Part shown: positions 62,632-64,000 of the stretch, piece by piece
Position numbering within the stretch: the stretch's first letter is position 1
Layout: every line of letters begins with the position of its first letter
DNA from: Camelus ferus
Taxonomy: Eukaryota
NCBI RefSeq assembly: GCF_009834535.1
Contig: NC_045697.1
Span: 49,912,001-49,976,000 of the forward strand
Length of the DNA stretch: 64,000 nt
Reading direction: 5' to 3'
The notes under the pieces: model-generated
Told to the model about the DNA's origin: nothing
The model's database searches: none
The model's input: only the letters and a program-made list of their open reading frames with translations
Translations under genes and position numbers: made by a program

Positions 62632-63138
62632 TGTTACTGGAGAGTGTGTTCTTCTCTCGTTGCAGAAAGAATTCGGAAACGAGACATTGAAGATAAGAAA
62701 GCAAAGGAAAGATTTATTAAGCAATATACACTTTCAAGGGGGAGTGCAGGCAGACATAGGTGAGTAACTGCACTGAATTATTTTGGAAAGTTGGTTATAT
62801 GGAGTGTAAAAATGAATGGGCAGAATATTCATTGGGGGAGAAGGGGTTTGGGGTCATATTTCCTGATTTTCAACCTAGCTCCACTTTCCCAAGGGGAGGA
62901 GGGATTTTAGTCCTTATTTAATCTTGACTGGAAGTGTCATGGTGTCAGTGCATGATGGTTATTTCTCATTTGCAAGGCTAATTTTATTGTAATGTGCATA
63001 TAATGAGGATCAAGGTCTACTGGAAGTTGAATCTTCTGGCCATATTGGGCGTAGTTGGTTCTAACCAATTTATGTCGTATCATAAAGGCTATGCCATTCT
63101 TTTGATGATTGTTCCCTGCCCTCTTCCCTCCTGCCTCA
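62632..63138 (-). mobile_element. ERV1-class solo LTR (MER4-group-like, 507 bp)
   Basis: tgttac...cctgcctca ends. 4-bp TSD caag / cagg with one mismatch. tttatt (AATAAA on minus) near 62713. Confidence 0.75.
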
Positions 63139-63229
63139 CAGGATGAAGCTTCTCCTTTTTGGTTTGCTCTTTGATTGTTGTCAGACAGAAAGGATTTGTA
63201 TGTTTGACCTAGGATTCCTTCCTCTGGTC

Positions 63230-63600
63230 TCTGTTTTGGAATGTCTCATTCAATCTCTCACTCATTCATTCATTTTGCCTGTTTTAATGCTATCTAGTTA
63301 AATCTTTACCTACAAGGCCTGTGCAGTTTGGCTACATTTCATCTTAACCAATGTCATCTCTTTTTGACACAGGTCACTCATCACAGGTAGTCTTCTTTCA
63401 GCCTTACATATTCCAACCTCCTTTGATCTTTGGTCTTTTACCTACAATGGATTAATTTCCTCCTGCCCCCATGTAACCTCCAGTTCTGATTCATTAAATT
63501 AGATCAGAAATATATGTCATATGCTTCCATGCTACCCTGTATTTTTCCCTTAAGGCATTTATAACATTTGAAATTAATTACTGTTGTAAAATGACCTAAG
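63230..63600 (+). mobile_element. L2 remnant
   Basis: 'aaatctttacctacaaggcctg', 'gtagtcttctttcagcc', 'taaggcatttataacatttgaaattaatta'. Confidence 0.5.
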
Positions 63601-64000
63601 CTAACTTGGTCATTATAATTATTACATCTCCAGAACTCATGACCAGCAGGGATATTACACTCAAGGTGAGTCCCAAAATGGATTCTGCAGAACAAAATAT
63701 CACCCAGAAAACACAAAACTCATCACATAGCCTGTTCTGTAAGCTCAATGAAATCTTAGCACTCTCTCTTTTTATGCATTTAGACAAGCTCTTAATTGAA
63801 GGGTTCATTTGAGGCAAATGTGAAAATATTTTAGCAGCAGGATTCGGCTAAATTTCTAATCAGTATCAAATACTGACTAAATGATAGGGTATAGAACCAG
63901 AAGAAATACCAAGGCCTAGGGCTACTAGGTTTGGCAGATTCCTAGATTTTTTGAATATAATGCTGTAAAGCCCATACAATATTTTTAGACATTCCATAAA

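Noticed and set aside
61116..63138. Two minus-strand LTRs as the ends of one provirus
   Set aside because: The sequences are dissimilar, each has its own TSD, and there is no gag/pol or PBS between them.

Overview
This is AT-rich, CpG-depleted placental-mammal genomic DNA, either intergenic or deep intronic. I find no credible host protein-coding exon, RNA gene, CpG island or prokaryotic-type system. Most recognisable structure is transposable-element derived. It includes three large lineage-specific LINE-1 copies (13.6-15.8 kb, 34.3-36.1 kb and a young 41.6-45.1 kb copy with a perfect 16-bp target-site duplication, TSD), many short L1 3' fragments, and older L1M-type pieces. It also holds ERV1/ERVL/MaLR solo LTRs (four clustered at 59.8-63.1 kb), MIR, L2, CR1/L3 and hAT remnants, and microsatellites. 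The L1 3'UTRs look cetartiodactyl and I saw no Alu, B1, Bov-tA/CHR, PRE1 or Can-SINE, so a camelid is my best guess (inference). All long ORFs in the track are L1 ORF2 pieces or their antisense shadows. The best second-look items are a MER41-like LTR with an intact GAS motif, a candidate orphan 3'UTR retrocopy, a diverged 75-bp duplication 2.95 kb apart, a chimeric L1 inside one TSD pair, and a twin-primed L1. I did not find evidence for a novel multi-gene system. Repeat family names are from recall of consensus sequences, not from a search. Boundaries without a TSD are approximate.
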